Source: Rhizophagus irregularis (taxonomy: Eukaryota). From it: a stretch of 64,000 bases of DNA. Position 1 is the first letter of the stretch. Every line of letters starts with the position of its first letter. The stretch covers positions 2,728,001-2,792,000 of the forward strand of contig NC_089432.1 of assembly GCF_026210795.1 (NCBI RefSeq), in the 5' to 3' direction. The position numbers were made by a program, and so were the translations under genes. The notes below the pieces were generated by a model. The model was not told where the DNA came from and did no database searches. It was given only the letters and a program-made list of their open reading frames with translations. Positions 1-14,330 of this stretch are shown here, piece after piece.

Positions 1-729
1 ATTTCATAATCTTAAAATTTTCCTGTCAAAATATAAATTAAAATAATGAGAAACGAACGTTAAAATTTATTAAAAAAACATATAACATAATTAACCAACC
101 TTCATATCAGATATGCTAAAATTTTCTCCTTACTACTTGTTTGCAAAATGGATTTGTTACGCAGAATTCTGTGTACTAATTCTTAGTAATTATGAATTTT
201 TTTGTAAATTATAGTCATCACAAAATAAATACACTATCCGATTCTTGTGTGATTTGCAAGTTTATATTGTAGTGTTAATAAAAAAAAGATTTAAAGCGTG
301 ATTTTGGAGATAAAACCATAAGTTTGTTTTATAATAAAGAATTGGTGAAACTTGGTAATATTAATTCAAACGTTTTCGTAAAACGTTTAAAGATTATTTT
401 TTATAATGGAGCTTGTGTGAGATTTTCTGATGATCGACAGATGATCGATATATCACGCAAATATAGAATTAATGACGAAAATACATACCCAGTTTCAAAT
501 AACTTCTCTTGAGCTTTTAAACATGTAGTTACAGTAAAAGCAAAAATTTCTTATTTACAATTAAATATATCATATTTTGTCAAATAGCGTATTGTTTGTT
601 GATTCATGTTACACTTAATGTCATACATGTGTAATCGAAAAAAAAAATTTTTAAGGTAACATTCAGGTTTACTGCTGTTGAGTATCACCATTTAATAGAG
701 TTCTCGAAATTTATCTATTGAACTATGAA

Positions 730-1520
730 TGGCTTATTGGTGAATGAATAGTGTAAACAAAAAAATACTGGACTTGATTGGTGCAAAGAATGCAAAGCAT
801 TTTCAATAAAATTTCAAAATTGGACTAGTGATAATAACAATATTGACAAGAAGCTCAACTATCAGCATTTAATAGCAAATATGAAGTATTAGAGTGGATA
901 CCTTACAATAAATTTTATGATATTGAATATATTGCAAAAGGTGGTTTTGGAAAAGTGTATAGAGAAAAATGTATTGATGGATGTATTAATAGTTGGGATA
1001 ATAAAAATAAATTAGCAATAAAATTTGTCAAGCACTTAGACCAAGATTTAGTGATATTAAAGTACCTCAATTGACTGTAAATTAATGAAAAGGTGCCTGC
1101 TGGGCAAATCTATTAAATCGACCAAAAGGAGAAATTCGATACATTTTATATCAATATTATGATGAATCCTATGAATTGGAGCGTATAGATATTGATAATA
1201 AAACAGAATTACAAAAACAAATTAAAGAGGCAGAAGAAATCAATAATAGTCTACCAACTACTAGCAGCATACTTTTTACAAATTTGTCACACAAAACACA
1301 TACAGAAGCAAATTTTTACAAGTGGATTGCTTAATTCTAATAACCTTTCCTGAGCCAAAAAATTCTGATGATTATTATAATGAGCAAAATGACAACATAT
1401 ATTAGTGAAATATTTTCAGGCGATTACTGTAATAATTTGTGATATATAACTAATTAAGACAAAATATTGATATGTTTTATTTATTAAATAGAATCTTTAC
1501 AAATTGATCTTTCTCAATAA
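730..1520 (+). pseudogene. TKL-type protein kinase pseudogene with the catalytic core deleted
   Basis: Manual translation gives ..WCKEC..NWTS..VLEWIPYNKFYDIEYIAKGGFGKVY (Gly loop). It then jumps near 1010 to C-lobe remnants (LRPRF, KVPQL, MKRCL, NRP) and a tail (ELQKQIKEAEEINN, PEPKNSDDYY). Multiple frameshifts and stops; boundaries approximate. Confidence 0.75.
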
Positions 1521-4500
1521 AGATGGTAAGTCTAAACATAAATTAAACTCTGTTTTTTTACTCGTATATTTAATTATTTTAAGATAAATCAAAGGTGAAG
1601 AAATATTTAAAATATTTTGAGAGGGGTTTTTTTTTTTGATCAGACTATTATAAATTGAAAGCAATCACTTTTGTTTTAGCAATTTTTACAATTTTCTATT
1701 TATTATTATATTAAAATTTTTTTAATAAATAAGCAGGATGAGGTAGCTCAATATATTGTAATTGCAAATATATAAAACATGAAGTTAGAAAAAATATGGA
1801 TTAAGCCAAACAGTTAAATAAGGATTATTACGAGGTGCCTAATAAGATACTTATTTTATTATTAGTTATGACTAATTTGGTTAAAATAAATGGTTTATCA
1901 TAAAAAACTGACATTGCAGTAAATAATTTAATAATTCCTGGTATGTTGTTAACGTTTTTATGTAAATGAAAATAATGTTTCACTGTTACTGATTAATTTA
2001 TAGGCTATGTAAGATCTCAGAAACTCCGAACAGATATCTTAATATGATAATATTACTGAAAAAATAGTTACAAATGTTATTCCTTTTAAAGTAGTAAATG
2101 TATTCATAGACTTATTAGACTAGATTAATTTCTAATGTATATTATAAGCAATTATTATTTCAAATTTCAAAAAGTATGGAGGTTATTGTTGGATCCGGAT
2201 CCTTATCAATACAAAAGGCATAATATATAAGTCAATATATCTATGAGTTTCTCAAATTATTTATGTATGAATTGTTATCCTACTTTTCAGATCTGATTTA
2301 CTTATAGAAATTTTGTATGCTTTGCTTCTATTTCTACATTGTCAAGGTATACTATTAAAATTAGATCAAATATAAGATGATGTTCTTTTAAAGATGATTT
2401 TGTATTTAATATTTGTTTTCAGTTATACTGTATACAGATATTAGATTATTCTTTTAATAATTACTAAAATAGTATGCTTTTTTTGTATGTTAACTAAATT
2501 TCTAATCTATTCTAATGTCTTCAGATTTGTGAATAAAACATTACATATTATAATGTTATAAGATATATAAATTTGATATAAGAACAATTATTACTAAATG
2601 AAATCACACAAATTAATTAAATGATTAAAATAATATTTATATGAACTAGAATGAATAAATGTATAGTTTTTTAGAAAGTATTTTTATATGATAAAGCTTA
2701 ATATGAATTAATTAATTGAAGATGTCAACTAAAGGAAAAAAACATAGCACCATGTTGGTAAGTGTATCAAAATTGCTAGTAATTTAGTAATATTGCTTGA
2801 ATTACTACTGCGCATTTTTCCTCACTGACTGTAATATTAAGTAGTATTAATAATAAAGAAGTTTAATATATTAATCAAAGTTATAATTAAAGCAAAAATT
2901 ATGTTAAGTAGATAATTAACTCTGGTTTAAAGGTAAATAAAAGATTTATAAATAAACTTGTAATTGAAAAGCTTAAAGTAATTATGGAAAATCTGATAAT
3001 ACAAATAATTATCATCAAAGTTATGAGATTCTGATAAGTTCATGGCATATATTCAAGGAAGACAACAAGGTGTTTGCCATTTCCAGCAGGATTTATAGTA
3101 TCCAGCCCGATATCAAAAGCTGAAGGAATTATTTTTTAGCAACAGTTAATTAAATTAAATAAGCAGTATGAAGTGTTGATAAAAATCTATACTGTAGTAT
3201 ATAGTACACTTTCTTGTGATTTTTTTTTTATTACACTAAAGAATAGAGATACTTGCTGGTCAAATTAGGGATTATATTAAGTATATATTTACTATTTATA
3301 ACTAAGTTTTATGAATAATTCGTTAATTGCTTCATTGACAAATTTGTTTTGTTTCCTTTATCAGGAATATTATTATTAAATACATTCTAAAATAACTAAT
3401 GAATAGTAAATTTATTATAATTTACCAAAAAAGCAATATAAATGTGAATATATAACTTTAATCCTGTTATTCAGTATAAAGTTACTTTTTGGATTTAATA
3501 TTAAAAATAAGAAGATATTTGCTTTCAAATCTCTTTTAAACTCTTTTTTATTTAAAATTTTATTAACTGTTAAGAAATTATTTATAATTTTGTTCATCTA
3601 AATTTAATTTGAATTCTACTGATTTAGATATTGAATTTATTATTTCTCTATTAAATTGTATCAGTGTTAAAAATAATTATGTAATGAAATTTGTGCTACT
3701 TAATTGATATTTAGTTAGTTTATTATGACTTGAGTATTATTAACTAAATTTGAAATCTAACAATATTCTGTTTTCATCTTGTTAATGAATTGATATAACT
3801 TTTAGTCGATTTTTGATTCCATATCAAAGTTTGACCTTGGTTAAATCTTTAGAATAGATACTCACTTGTCTTGAATAATCGGCAAGTTTATTTTTAAGTG
3901 AATGTGGCTAGGTTGTAGTATTAAATTACATGTATTTATCTTGTGAAACTTTATGAATTTTTTGAGTATTGGTAAGACTAAAATTTAAATAGATTCATAG
4001 AAATTTACTTCCAAAGAAATAATTATATTTTAATTATCATTTTTAGAATGAAGTGATCTTATACAAACAGCCAGTTAGAGAGATTAGGAAATAATTTATT
4101 AACAAAAATATAACTAATTTTTAAATTTCAAATATCAGAAATGAGGAGAGCAAAAAAAATTATAATTAAATATTACTCTTTTTCATGGTTAAATATTATT
4201 TCATAATTAAATTTTACAATTGTTTTCCTAATTGAATCTTATTCAATCAAAAAAGAGAAATAATTGTTTTTAGCAAATCATCAGCTGTTATTATTGGTTA
4301 ATTTTTTGCTTGATCCTAAAGTATTGTTTATTAAAAATGTTTGATGAGTAACAATATTCATGTGCAAAAATGAGCTTTTCGTGAGCTTAGCAAGATTATT
4401 TTGTAAAATAATTGATATTAACGATTATAGCTATGGCCATAAATTTGTTTATTAATAAGAGTGGTGTAGCTAATGTATTAGTAGTTAACAAGAGTTTAAT

Positions 4501-5726
4501 TTTGGCTAACATTTTTTAATTTTGTGTAGCAATCCATCTTAAATTTATTCATAACTTTATTTTGATTAGTTTAAGTACTATAATAAAAAAAATTTATAAT
4601 TTGGATGTTTGCCTGTACCTCCTAGCTATACAGACAAATAAAATTTAAAGGAACAAATTATATAACCAACATAACTTTCAAGAATGAGAAAAGTTGTATA
4701 TTTAATTCTTCATTTATTTATTAATGGCGAGAAAATGTTAAGATATATCTCATTGTAAAATAATACTGCTGTAGTAAAATCTGGAATAACAATAAATTTG
4801 TTAAAATTATCCATCTGATAATCTCTCAAAAATAACATTTTTAAAAGGCAATAAAATGAGCTTCTGCAAAAAATATTTGTTAATGATCCTTATGTTGAAC
4901 ATTATATGATAAATGGCACAATTTCTCTATTAGTACTTTACGGTGGCAAAATATGTATATTTTGTCAACTACACAATAAATTTCTTCTAAAATCATTCAT
5001 TTTCTTTGCATTTTTTGAATAAACGTCCATTAAAAAAATATGTCAGTATATGAAATACCATTTCATGCTACATTAATTTTTAATAAAAGGATATTTGCGC
5101 ACATATTAATTATTACAAATACGATAAAAATGACAGAATGTGCAAATAACATTTTATTTAACTACTAAAATCTCGTTATGGAGAACACAAAGTTTTAATA
5201 GCCAGATTGCTGGTTGAAAGAGCCGATAGCCCTAAAAATAAAGTTTCTTCATCTCTACTATTTATAAATAAGATATAGTTTCTTCTAATACAGGTGCGAA
5301 TATAATGAGTATGCATGAAATAATTCTGTTCATGTGAAAACAATTGTGTTTAATGCTATAAAAAATAATGTGATTATTATTCCTATAGTATTTTATTCAT
5401 AATCTTATTTTAATAATTGAAAAGTGTAACTTTGAGTTATGATTTCTACAGTTACTTGAATATAATAAAAAAAATTAAATACATACAGTATTTTTTATTG
5501 GGAATTTGTATTCTATGCAAGTACAGTAAGATTAGAATGTTATTTATTTTAAACTTAATTAATTAACAATTAATACTTCTTGATTTACATACTAAATAGT
5601 AAATCTTTGTATTTTCAACATATGATCAGCAAACTTAAGCAAGCCAAATAATTATCATGACTTTGTAAAGTTATAAATTCTCCAATATGCTACATTTACA
5701 GTAAAAATATGGATCACAGTGAAAAA

Positions 5727-7850
5727 TCAACCATCATTGATTAAATGACTTAATCTATTTTGAGCATATGGATATCCTTGTTCAGCAGATTTTTCATACC
5801 AATAAATTGCTTGACTTATATCCTTTTTCTTACCACTTTCATACATAGAAGCAAGATTGTATTGAGCTAAATAATTTCCTGAATTTGCTCCCTTTTGAAA
5901 TAAATCAAACGACTTCTGCTTATCAACTATGATTCCAATTCCTCCATAATAACAACATCCCAAATTATTTATTCCAAGTGTATTTCCTAAATTTGTAGAT
6001 TTTTGATATAATTCAAATGCCATTAGTTCATCTATACTAGCTCCAATTCCAAATTCATAACAATATCCCAAATTGCGTATTCCACGCGGATTTCCTAAAT
6101 TTGCAGCCTTTTGATATAGTTCAAATGCTTTTTGTTTATCAACACCGGTTCCAATTCCTTCTTCATGACAATATCCTAGGCTAGTTATTCCAAATACATT
6201 TCCTGATTTTACTGCATTTTGATACAATTCAAATGCTTTTTGTCTATTAACATTAATTTCGATTCCAAAATGATAAAATACTCCAAGTATGAAAACAGAA
6301 TTAGAATTATCCTGATTGTTTAGTAGCCAATTATAAATTTCTTTTAAGGCTATATCATGGTCATTAAGATATTTAACAATTATAATTTTTCTCATTATTA
6401 TTTCGACATCTTCAATAAGAAGAATTATTTCATTAACCAATAGGTCATAGTCATTTATAATGAGATTTAAGAAAATTAAAGGTTCTATCTCTTTTATGTT
6501 GATTCTATTAAAATTTTGAATAATAATATCTTCAGAAATTTCATTATTTGATTTAGACAACTGAACTCTTGATAATTGGAAGTCTGCATTGTAATGATTT
6601 TGCTGAAAATCTAAAATAATTGCATTTAATTTTGCAATAACCTGGTTAATAGTTGGGCGATTATCTTGTTCATTATTCCAGCAATCTAAATTTATAATAA
6701 AATTATAATTAATTAATAATGTTTTAATCATGATTGAATTTAATTGTAAGTATTTACCAGTATATATTTTCGCATAATCCTCTCGTGTATTAGGAATAGG
6801 TTTCTCTCTAAGACCATACAATATTTCCATGGCCAAATCAATATTATATGGTTTGTTACAAAAAGGTGGATATCCACTAGAGATTTCCCACAAAAGTATG
6901 CCAATACTGTATATGTTACTCTTTTTATTTAACGAATATACTTGAATTTGTTTGTTGCTATCCCCTTTTACATCAAAATTTTGTGGATCAATATAAACAA
7001 CCATTTCAAATGATTTTGATTGAATATTGGATGATTCTTTAATCCTTTTTGACAATCCGAAGTCGGTCAATTTGATGGTATTCTTATGAACTAATATATT
7101 GTTAGAGTGCTATTATTAAATAGAATAATTAAAATAAATAATTGTATTAGGTAGGTACATACAATCTTACGACCCAATTTGATTAATGTAAAACCTACCA
7201 AATCATGATGCACAATTTCATTATCATGTAAGAATGATATAGCATTAGCTAACTGAAGTGCCAAATTCAACTTATCGTTCCAAGTGAGATTTTCAAAGCA
7301 TTCGCTTAAATAATTTCGAAGGGTGCCACTATTAGCATATTCCATCACTAGCAAATATTTTTTTGAATTATTGCTTTGGATTTCTTTTGAAAAAAAAAAA
7401 ATATTTTAGCTTATTTCAATTTTATTAAAACAAATTTAAATATTCGTAATACCTGTCGTAATTCCATGAAAGTGAATAATATTTTCGTGAAAATCCGCTT
7501 CACGTTGAAGTTTAAACTAAACCATGAATAGAATCATAAATTAAGAAATAATGTAAAGTAGTACGGCATAAATACAAAAATACTTATTTATTAGATATTA
7601 TAATTACTTCATTGGCAATTTCTTTTGCCACGATATTAAAATTAAAAAAAGATTTCAATGCTAAATAACTATGAGAATTTTTCCAATTTGCACGATATAC
7701 CTTTCCAATCTCTCCAAAACCAATTTCTTGAACATTATTAAAATGTTTATAATCATAATATTTAATTTGTTTTTTTGTAATAGATTCTTCAATCCAATTA
7801 ATCCATTCGTTTGAATTATCAATAAAATTAAGTTCAATGTTATTAGACAT
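5727..7850 (-). CDS. TKL kinase-Sel1 repeat protein A (~600 aa, 5 exons)
   Basis: Exons 7850-7608, 7516-7453, 7383-7199, 7109-6758, 6685-5727 splice in frame at GT-AG. Motifs GFGEIGKV, ALK, HHDLHSNN, DFG, SNIYS, CW; five 36-aa Sel1-like repeats. Confidence 0.9.
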
Positions 7851-8436
7851 TATAGTAGGTATTGTTTAATTGTTTATGAATTTTTTATTGCGAAAATTAA
7901 TTTATGTTAAGAAAAAAAAAGAATTTTATACTATTTATAGCAATTTTATACTATTTATAGAAATTGATATTCTAAAATGTGACACATTTCAAAAAAATAA
8001 ATTTGTGTAATTTGTAATTTGTAAACAATGCATATCGGCTAATAGAGAAAGTCCCTAAAATAAAAAAAAAAAAAGAGAAAGTCCCTAAAATTTAGGGTAT
8101 ATTATTATTTATCAATTAAAGAGTCATATGATACATGTCAATATAGTTTCAGCCAATAAACTATGATTAAAATTAAAATTATGTGTTTATCATCTATTCG
8201 ACTCATTAAGTTTATTTGACTTACCATAGGCCGGGACAATGGATTAGACGTTGATCTACGTAGTGGGACAATGGGTTGGACGCAATCAGTCGCAATCTTG
8301 TATAATAGAATAGTTTGCTATGAAAGCACTTATTGCTTTTATGGATATTTTCATTCGACCAGGAGTTTTACAGCTAATTGCAAAAAGTATGGACCAATTT
8401 CGACGCTTATGTAACAAAAAAAAAATCAGTAAAAAA

Positions 8437-8446
8437 GCAACAATGT
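8437..8446. promoter_or_regulatory. Conserved upstream motif GCAACAATGT of kinase-Sel1 genes (other copies 18441-18450, 26809-26818)
   Basis: Identical 10-mer in an AAAAA(A/T)(T/C)AGTAA..GCAACAATGT block upstream of paralogs A, B and C. Confidence 0.45.
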
Positions 8447-9520
8447 CCCACATCATACTGCAACAATTTTGATGTACTATATCATAAACAAGTTTATTTC
8501 TTCGTAGATATGCTTTTGTCATATATTGAAATCTAGAATTCTTACACAAATGTATTTTTCACATTTTATTGTTTAGAGTTTTATCTAATTTCTTTTTCTA
8601 TAAATAAAAAATTAATATGTATCATGCTAAATCTTGTAGCATATGATTATTTAATAATTAGCAACAAATTAGTCTTTTTTTTTTTTTAAGATTAGTAACG
8701 CATTTATTAATTATGTTTATGGATATGTTACATAATTACACAAATACCTAGACGAAAATACAAATAAATTATATTATCATCTATAACTAACCGATCTATT
8801 CTAAATTACTAAGATAAACCTAAAAAAAAAATTTTGTTATATAAATTCTATCTTTTTGTATAAAAAGTTACTAATCTAAATTATTTTAAAACTTTTTTTG
8901 AATTTTCTAATATTTTCCTATGTTTTTCAATTACTCAAAAATTTTCTAAAATTGCAAGAAAGGCATTATCTCTAAAAATATTGACAAAAAGAAAAAGAAA
9001 AAATAAAATAAATTGCTATTTATTTGTATGTATATATAAAAAAAAAGACAAAATTATTATTAATATGAAACATTAATAAAAGGTCTCCAAATCTACACTC
9101 TTGAGTCTTGACAGAAAAGTATCTGAAATTCGGACGAAACTTCTTATCGTCCGTTTGTTTTCTTCATCCTAATCTAATCATAAATCCAAAGATCTTGATC
9201 TTAACTTGTTTTCGTTAATCGGGACGAATTTGCTTATTCGTTATCGGAATCTTCCCTTCGTCCTTGTACTGTCATTGTACGTTTTTGTTTTCGTTAATTG
9301 CTACTAGCAACAAATTAGTCTATTCATTATTTAAAAATATTACCATTTATACAATAAACTTATAAACCCAATATATTCATAAATTCTTATTCATACAATG
9401 GAATTGCAATTTAAATCACACATATAAATTGTCAACATGAAACTTTGTTTTATTTATTTATTTTATTAACTGAAAATTTTACGTAAAAATACATATAACA
9501 AATGTGCTGTATAATAAAAA

Positions 9521-9556
9521 CTAGGGAAAGCCCAGAGTTTGATCGGCGCATGCGCC
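9521..9556 (-). mobile_element. Possible Helitron 3' terminus
   Basis: Minus strand has the perfect palindrome GGCGCATGCGCC and a degenerate GC hairpin, ending CTAG|T. No 5' end identified. Confidence 0.3.
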
Positions 9557-12500
9557 AAGAATTTGCCACAAACTTTTACACAATCAAAATGTACAAGCGG
9601 AAGTGAATTGTAAGTTATACTTGGGACTTACATCAAGATTAACTTATTGAAAGTACAGCATACACTAAGAATAATTTGCATGATTTCATGAATATACAAT
9701 ATTAATAAACCTCTTGTTCTTTCTTTTTATTATTTTCCGTTCACTTTTGATGGCTTTGTTCTTTTTGAACATTTTGCTTAGTTAATTTATTGGTTAACAA
9801 ACAAACTAAGGTTCGTCTATTTTATAATAAATAAATAGTATTAAACTAGATAATTGGTTAATCTCTATTTCTTATAAAATAAAATTAGTATTCATTAAAA
9901 TTTTGGCTTAGAAAATAAAACTGATATATTTGTCAAAAAAATTAATAAATATTATTATAACAAACATTGTGATTGGTCTTAATGAATATACATCCAGCCA
10001 AATTTAGTATATTAAAATTTTATGGCTGTGGTGGTTGTGCTGGTGGCTATGAAATAACTTTCATAAAAAGATATCTTAACATGTGATAAAATGCACAGCC
10101 TAAATATTTTAAGTATAAATATCACCAGTATTATATTGAGCCCAACTGTTTATTTTCCTTTTCCTTTTTCTTGCCTTTTTTTTTTCTTTCCATATTTTTC
10201 AAGGAGTTAGTAATATATAGGAAGGAAATTATTATACCAGAAATATTCTTTCATTATTTGAGATAGAAAATTAATGAAACAGCTGTAATCTTTCTATTGA
10301 AGAATTTGAATAGTTCAATGAAGTCATTCAAGCAGTCTCAGTAGAAAAACAATTAGCATCAGGGAATCACTGACCAAAATAATCTAAATAATCTGAAAGT
10401 AGGAGATTAAAGATAAATTGAAGGAGGCAAAAGGTAGTCAATAACCCTGTCCTTACATTTGACAAAGTGATCAACAATGCAAATAAAATAGAACAGACCT
10501 AAAAATTCGGATATAGCAAAGAGAAAATTTTATATAAACATCATACTTTACTATACATATTCATAATTTACTTGTAACTTTTGTAAATAGAATTGTTTTA
10601 GATAAAATATTTCTAAAACAAGGCTTTTTACTTGATTTTTAAAGGATTTCCTTAATGCTTATACAATCATACTCTTTTGATTTTTAATAAATCAAGCGGA
10701 AAACATTCTATTCCTCTGTATGGTTGGAGATATCAGCTTAAAATACATGACATATCATACTTTTAAGAATTGCACGTGAATATGCCTATTAAACATTTAT
10801 TATATGAAATATTTTCTTTATAAATAAATTTATTACACTCTTAACCTGATAAATAATTAACAAACATTTTTTTTAAACAAATTAATTTATAATAATTTTA
10901 TTTACCCTTAAGACATCTTTTAAATCTTTTGGCATATCATCTTTCTTCAAATAAAAGTGAGTGTTATATGTTAAGAACTTTGATAAGGAATAATAATAAA
11001 TCAAAAGAGGATAAAGAGGAATTGCAAGAAATGATTATCAGTTTGTAAAAAGGAAAAAGGATAAGAGGAATTTGGATAGTTGGCATGTAATCTTGAAATG
11101 AAATTAAAATAGTTGAAGAATATAGAAGAAGAGTATTAAAAGGAAAAGGAAAGGACTATTCATTATAATATTAGCATTATTTTATTTTTTACATTATTTT
11201 AAGCTATTTTATAGTAGATTTACCTGATCATGAATTATATTTATTATTTAAATATTAATGATGGTAAAATATGGCATTAATATCTTTTTTAAACCGCTAT
11301 GAACCATCTAGGTGTCCAACATTAGTGAAAGCACTTTTATGCGCATGATGTACTGTGCGCAAATATTGATTTTTGTTCAACAAAATTGACAATACTAATC
11401 TTGATTGGTTTCATCTATTTGTAACTTACCAAGAACTCAAAAAAATAAGCCTGAAAATATTATACATTTGGATTTTTAACCTAAAGAGATGGGATTGAAA
11501 TGTATTAACCATTATTTAGCTCTATTGTAAACAAGCTTTTAGAGCTTTGGAGGACTGGAGGGTTCTAAAAACCTATTAGTATCCTGATGGTTTAGATATC
11601 AAAGTTGTATTCAAAACGTTTTATGGGCTAATAAAAATATGTGTAATCCAAAGATTCTAATCACAATAATTCATCCTATAGGAAATCGCCTGAAAAGTCA
11701 AACTACTCATGTCAGGCGTGGTTCAGTTTTATTTTCTCAGGAGAAATGTCAAATGTAAATGGGCCACATATTGCAAAAAAAAATTTCTGAAATTCAAACT
11801 TTTATACTTCATTAAGTAAAACAGCTTCCATTTGAACACACTGCTTTATATGTTCAAACATGGATCTATTATAATGAATTGAGGGTGAAAAATGTAGTAT
11901 TTACAGTGAAAAGTATATAGCTTGAATAATAATATTAAGAAGCTTTTCAGTTGCGCTTCTTATTGAATATATCCATAGTAAAATTATATATTAATTTCGC
12001 CAAGATGGAACTCTGAAAGTTAATATGAAGAAAGAAGAGATCGAAAATAATCAATGACAATAATAATCAGAATAACAAATAACCATATTATGTGATGTTA
12101 ATCAATTAAAAATATTTTATAATTTTAAAATAAAATGTCAGCATAGTAATTGTTAAATTTTGAAATTATAATGATGAATAACAATAAGCAAACTGATTCA
12201 GGAGAAAATTAGTTAAAAGAGATAATACTTGTCTGGAAAAAGAAATGATTAAATAAAAGATAATATATAGTAATACCCTCCTCTTTGGTGATGCTGACTG
12301 GACATAATTCTTATATGGTGTGTCACTACCGAGATCTTTGAGGAATATACAATAAACATGTATATTTTCCTACTACCCCATCAGTTGAAACAAATAAAAC
12401 TTATAATCCATCAGATTTACCAAAAGATCTCAGGAACAACACTTTCTTAAATTAAAAGGTGGTTCAGTGGTAAAAATAGAAGGAGAAATAATAATAGCTT

Positions 12501-12750
12501 CACCTATATATGAATCAAGCAGAAATGTTATCTACTACAATGATATATCAGAGTAAATTTTAAATATTTAAATACTACTGGATATTATTCCATCTTGTTT
12601 CAACATTTTACAGTTCTCACAATATGTTACATCTTTGTGGTGAATTTTTGATTTTCTTCATTAACTCGCGAATATTAATAACTTCTTTATCAATAACTTT
12701 GATTCCTTGCTGTGCAACTAAATTCAGAATGTTGATGAAGTTTAGGTAAG

Positions 12751-12913
12751 GAAAAAAAAGTCTGATGGGGTTCAGGCTAGAAAAAAAAAAGTCTGATGGG
12801 GTTCAGGCTAGAAAAAAAAGTCTGATGGGTTCAAGCTAGAAAAAAAAAGTCTGATGGGGTTCAGGGCTAGAAAAAAAAAGTCTGATGGAGTTTGGGCTAG
12901 AAAAAAAAGTCTG
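12751..12913. repeat. Tandem repeat, ~30-bp unit AAAAAAAAGTCTGATGGGGTTCAGGCTAG, ~5.5 copies
   Basis: Directly visible head-to-tail units with no unique spacers. Confidence 0.95.
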
Positions 12914-13933
12914 CTTTTTATAAAGATAAAATCAAATTAACAATAAAGAAAAAAACATAAAGTAGCTCATTTGCCAAAGAAATATTCTTCAGTTGATAGC
13001 CCTTAATACACAACACAAAAGTATTACTGATATATTATATTCTTGAAATACTCCATATGGACGATATTGCTATGAATGTAATATATCATAAGCTTAAGAT
13101 ATTCATATAGACTATATACTTAATTATTTTATGCTGATGGGTAAAATATTTATCTCTTCATTTATATTTAGTCAATGAAAGATTAATATGCACAATACAA
13201 AAAAGTCAATCAAGCATTATCTAACTTTATTGAAATATTTTCATCAAAATTATCAATAATATTTAAAAATAGTACTACTTATTATATTGAAATTACTAAG
13301 ACATTCTTAAAAAAAATTAAAATTTTAAAAAAATTTATTAGAATAATGATAACATTTCAATTTATTTTATCATATTGCAAAGGAGCCAATGATCATCATT
13401 TTTTCAAAAACTAAATCAGATATTATGAACTATTGGATATTTTAAGTAGAAAATTTTGATAGAATACTTTGGAGTGTTTACATTAAATAACCTTTTCCTC
13501 TATACAAGTTCAAATACTGCAAGTTTCATGATATCAAACACTAGAGTTTATTAATAAACTACTATGTGATTTTATCTCTTTAGCCAGTCCACTAGTTATG
13601 ACAGAAGTAGGAAATGTGACATCTGAGTTTAAGTCATACAGGAATAGATCTTGGTAGATAGGAATTTTCCACTCAAACAACTCAAACTAATAATGCAATT
13701 ACTACAGAACCCTTTGGAGAAGGTTCTACCTCACTTGATGACTATATACACTCCTTTGCTGCTAATAATAAAGGGAAACAAGTCAGAAAATACCATCGTA
13801 TGATACTGTTCAAATCTCAATCCAAGTCTTTTCCTCTTATTTACACTTGATTCTGAGAGATATGATTTCTATTTTTTAGCTTGTAGCTGTTAATATTTCA
13901 GAATTAACAAGAAATCGCATTAGAAAAGGTTAA

Positions 13934-14020
13934 CATCAGTACTTGGTCAAGTGGGAGCGATACCCAGATACTGAGGCTACTTGGGAACCTGCTGACCGGT
14001 TAGAGGAGGATGTTAGATGA
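13934..14020 (+). pseudogene. Chromodomain relic
   Basis: Translates HQYLVKWERYPDTEATWEPADRLEEDVR*, matching the chromodomain pattern YLVKW..Y....TWEP; bounded by stops. Confidence 0.7.
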
Positions 14021-14034
14021 TTTAGTATAAAAGA

Positions 14035-14330
14035 TTATATTTTCCAAGATGATAATGTACTAGTGTACTTTGTTATTATTCATCAATTCTCAAAAATTCT
14101 TTCTTGGCTGCCCAAAGTCCTGATTTAAATCCTATTGAAAATCTGTAGAATGAAATACAAAAAAAATTAGAAATATAAACCTGTGCCAAAAAATAAAAAT
14201 AACTTTTTGCAGCATTAAAAGAATGGCATAAAATTGATAAAAGGATAAAAGCTGACTTATTTGGCTAGTAAAAAATATGCTATATAACAAAAAAATAAGT
14301 GACTTAACAATAAACGGATTACATATATTT
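14035..14330 (+). mobile_element. Degenerate Tc1-like transposase C-terminal fragment
   Basis: FQDDN at ~14042 and AQSPDLNPIENL* at ~14110-14148, with the Trp codon apparently mutated to TAG. Confidence 0.7.

Noticed and set aside
4400..4640. Possible PIF1/Helitron helicase relic (minus-strand GGTGK near 4610-4622)
   Set aside because: Only a five-residue match in heavily decayed DNA; other helicase motifs are not convincing.
6686..6757. In-frame insertion in kinase A (ORF track reads through)
   Set aside because: It is a 72-nt GT-AG intron at the same position as in paralogs B, C and D.
12751..12913. CRISPR-like array
   Set aside because: Units are contiguous with no unique spacers, the context is eukaryotic, and there are no cas genes.
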